64,000 nucleotides of DNA from Candidatus Humimicrobiaceae bacterium (GTDB lineage Bacteria > Patescibacteriota > Minisyncoccia > Minisyncoccales > DG-74-1): NCBI GenBank assembly GCA_035530555.1, contig DATKUR010000013.1, forward strand, positions 239 through 64,238, written 5' to 3'. Positions 61,767 through 64,000 of the stretch are shown here, one piece after another. The position numbers and the translations under genes were made by a program. The notes beneath the pieces are model-generated. The model searched no databases. It worked only from the letters and a program-made list of their open reading frames with translations, and was not told the DNA's origin. Every line of letters begins with the position of its first letter. The stretch's first letter is position 1.

Positions 61767-64000
61767 ATGCAAAAACTAAATAAATTCTTTTTAATCGGAT
61801 TAGCTGCGGTACTGATTTTTTCCTTGGCTTTGCCTCAGTCGGTTTGGGCCAGTCTAATTCCCGGACCTTTTGATTACTTTGACATGGTATCCCAAAACGT
61901 CGAGGAGATTGCTGGGCCCATAATGGGAAAGGTCTTGACTACTTTTATTTTTTACGCTGCAGGCCTAATTGCCCTGAGCGCTACTGCTAATATTTTAGAT
62001 AAAGTAATCGTTGCGCAACCTGGCTGGATAGACCTTCAAACGCCCATGGTCCAAGAAGGATGGCATTTTACCGCGGGATTGGCCAATATGCTGATAATAT
62101 TAATCTTAATTTTTCTCGCCTTTCAGGTCATTTTAAAAATTGATACCATCGCGACAAAAAAGGCCTTCATCAGGCTTCTTATTGTCGCCCTTTTGCTTAA
62201 TTTCAGCATACTTTTTGTTGAAGTAGCCTTAGATGTTACCGATGTTTTTTACAACTCAATCTTAAGCAGCATTAGCACAGCGCCCGGTAGCGACTCTCTT
62301 TTTGGTTCAGTAGTCAATGTCCTGACTGGCGGTACGTCAAGAATAGTCAGAAATTTCACGGTAATGATAGGGGGATGGATGGCAACATTTCTTATCCCGG
62401 GAGCTGGAGCAATAAGAGAGTTTATTATTGGGATTGTTTTTGTCGCCATGTATTTACCCATGATAATAGGATGGGCGATTGAATCTATTTTATTTTTCTT
62501 ATTGTCTGGAGTGTTTTTAGTCTTTATTTTCGTCTTTGTGGCCAGGGTATATATTATCCAACTCCTCGCTATTTTATCTCCCCTGGCCTTCGTAGCCCTG
62601 ATTTTGCCCCAAACTGAAAAATACTGGAAAGAGTGGCTTGACCATCTTGTTCAGTGGATTATTGTCGGAATGTTTTTATTATTCTTCTTAGCTCTCTGGT
62701 GTGCCGGCATCCAGGGCTTAATGCCGACAGAAATGGACAACCCCTGGCTAGCGGCCATTCCTTTTTTAAGCTGGAAAGGAATAACCAAGCAGATGCTATT
62801 TTATCTTATAACGATCATCTATTTTGCAATTCTCCTTTTTGTAAGCAAAAGAGCTACACCAGCTATAGCCAACGAGATAATGGGCTTGGCAAAAAACATC
62901 GGGGGCACCGTATGGTCTGCCGGGGTAAAGCCACTTGCCGGAGGTATAGGAAAGCAGGCCGGATGGGCAGCAGCAGATCAAGCAACGGCAGAAAAAAAAT
63001 ATAGGGCAGAGGCCGAAGCAGCAAGGCAAGAAGGAAGAGAACCTCCTACAATGTCAAGAAAACAGAAAATAGGAATGGCAGTAGGAAAGTGGGCGGCACC
63101 TCCTATCCGTCTGAGCTATCGATTAAGGGGAACCACCCCGGAAAGGGAAGTCGGCAAAGAAATTGAAAGCGAAGTTGCTGATTTAGAAAGTAAATTTGGG
63201 AAAGACACCAAGAGCGCAATGACTGGCGGCCTTCCTTTGGGCTGGAGACCGGCTAGCCTCAAAAAGAAGGCAGCGTTGGGCCTCTATCTAGCCAAAACAG
63301 GTGGCGGAGGAGATAAAGGCCTTGGCCAGCTTAGTGAGGCTCAGCTCGAAGAAGCAGTGGCGACAACGGCCCAGTTCGCGTCTTATAAAGTAGAAGATAT
63401 AGCGAAGCACAGGCCAGAATTAATTGATAATCCAAAGGTCAAGAATCTCGTTCGGGAGGCAATGGTTTCGAAAGGGACGAGCCAAGGGCCGAATGAAAAA
63501 TTTAAAGACCATGACATAGATGAAATGGTCAGCGCCGGGGAAACAATTGATAACGAGGATATTAAAGAATTGCTAAAAAGTGATGCTGGAAGAATAAAAA
63601 TAATAAGAAAGGCAGCCTTCAAAAAAGCAGCTAGAGCAATGGAAACAGCTGATATTCCAAATCTAGACATTTCTACCCTGGAAAATGAAGACTTTCAGGA
63701 GGCAGTCGCCCGGTACCGAACCGATGTTGGCTTTATAAGAAGGATCGGTGAGGAAAAGGGGCAAGAATATGTAGACAAAATCCGGGCTAAAATGGAAGGC
63801 TTAGGGGCAAAAGAAGTTGCTAAAACCAACCTGGCCGTTTTACGGTCAGCAGTCTATAATCCCGGTTTCAAATCAATTTTCTCACCAATAACAAGCGCTG
63901 CAAAGAAGGAGGAAATAGAAGCCTTGGAAAGAGAGATAAAAAAACTCAGGGAGGCAATAGGGGCACAAAGAAAAACGACGACACCGCCATCGCCAGGAAC
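61767..64000 (+). CDS. VirB6/TrbL-like polytopic membrane protein with a long hydrophilic C-terminal region, truncated by the window end
   Basis: Missing from the ORF track because there is no in-window stop. Hand translation from ATG 61767 (MQKLNKFFLIGLAAVLIFSLALPQSVWA...) stays open to base 64000. About 8 hydrophobic helices lie in the first 370 aa, followed by a charged and Ala-rich region of more than 330 aa. The family call rests on topology and context only. Confidence 0.55.
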   Translation, partial: MQKLNKFFLIGLAAVLIFSLALPQSVWASLIPGPFDYFDMVSQNVEEIAGPIMGKVLTTFIFYAAGLIALSATANILDKVIVAQPGWIDLQTPMVQEGWHFTAGLANMLIILILIFLAFQVILKIDTIATKKAFIRLLIVALLLNFSILFVEVALDVTDVFYNSILSSISTAPGSDSLFGSVVNVLTGGTSRIVRNFTVMIGGWMATFLIPGAGAIREFIIGIVFVAMYLPMIIGWAIESILFFLLSGVFLVFIFVFVARVYIIQLLAILSPLAFVALILPQTEKYWKEWLDHLVQWIIVGMFLLFFLALWCAGIQGLMPTEMDNPWLAAIPFLSWKGITKQMLFYLITIIYFAILLFVSKRATPAIANEIMGLAKNIGGTVWSAGVKPLAGGIGKQAGWAAADQATAEKKYRAEAEAARQEGREPPTMSRKQKIGMAVGKWAAPPIRLSYRLRGTTPEREVGKEIESEVADLESKFGKDTKSAMTGGLPLGWRPASLKKKAALGLYLAKTGGGGDKGLGQLSEAQLEEAVATTAQFASYKVEDIAKHRPELIDNPKVKNLVREAMVSKGTSQGPNEKFKDHDIDEMVSAGETIDNEDIKELLKSDAGRIKIIRKAAFKKAARAMETADIPNLDISTLENEDFQEAVARYRTDVGFIRRIGEEKGQEYVDKIRAKMEGLGAKEVAKTNLAVLRSAVYNPGFKSIFSPITSAAKKEEIEALEREIKKLREAIGAQRKTTTPPSPG

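Noticed and set aside
62249-63670. Track ORFs 62249..62461 (-), 62654..63004 (+), 62796..63029 (-) and 63383..63670 (-).
   Set aside because: All sit inside the open-ended plus-strand ORF that starts at 61767 and remains open to the window end with coherent TM-helix structure.
1-64000. Alternative genetic code (UGA recoded), as in some CPR lineages.
   Set aside because: Conserved genes (clpP, hppA, nusA, pnp, accC and others) are full length under the standard code. The one UGA that interrupts a gene (15589..15591) is explained by a 1-nt frameshift, not by recoding.
1-64000. CRISPR arrays, transposases, integrases, prophage genes or obvious toxin-antitoxin or restriction systems.
   Set aside because: I saw no regularly spaced direct repeats. 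No ORF has transposase, integrase, Cas or capsid-like motifs. The GC-rich island is not flanked by a tRNA, direct repeats or a recombinase within the window.

Overview
The window looks like a streamlined, AT-rich bacterium with small genes. The gene content suggests Patescibacteria/CPR, but that is inference only. Long ORFs are intact under the standard code. I count about 62 protein genes and 4 tRNAs, and I saw no rRNA, CRISPR array, transposase or integrase.

Layout: 1-44.5 kb is almost entirely minus-strand and 44.6-64 kb is entirely plus-strand. Two long ORFs run off the window edges, so they are missing from the supplied track: minus strand 1..2953 and plus strand 61767..64000.

(1) About 7-42 kb is one long membrane-lipid neighbourhood.
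- Fatty-acid scavenging and acylation: three PlsY paralogs, three DegV domains (one fused to a DhaL/FakA-type kinase domain) and PlsC.
- Carboxylation and partial fatty-acid synthesis: a biotin carboxylase / BCCP / carboxyltransferase / BirA operon, plus FabG, FabZ and FabK, with no condensing enzyme or ACP in the window.
- A full mevalonate pathway: thiolase, HMGS, class II HMGR, MVK, PMK, MVD and IDI.
- An archaeal-flavoured isoprenoid-lipid set: GGPP-type synthase, geranylgeranyl reductase, UbiA prenyltransferase, a CarS-like CDP-archaeol-synthase homolog, a CDP-alcohol phosphatidyltransferase, a B12-radical-SAM enzyme, a DUF35-DUF362 fusion and a DUF359-type dephospho-CoA kinase.
- The mevalonate operon is split by a GC-rich methyltransferase / HD / HAD / HD island. 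The island has its own consensus promoter, a 15-bp inverted repeat, strong Shine-Dalgarno sites and duplicated terminators.

(2) 44.5-64 kb starts with a pilin-like gene wedged between two tRNAs.
- It continues with rpsO-NYN-pnp, a 736-aa Glu/Lys-rich tail-anchored protein and a 682-aa surface protein.
- It ends in a T4SS-like locus with two decorated VirB2/TrbC-like pilins and a VirB6/TrbL-like polytopic protein truncated by the window end. One pilin is 1158 aa with a very Cys-rich passenger.

All calls are hand readings of the sequence and of the supplied translations. No searches were run.
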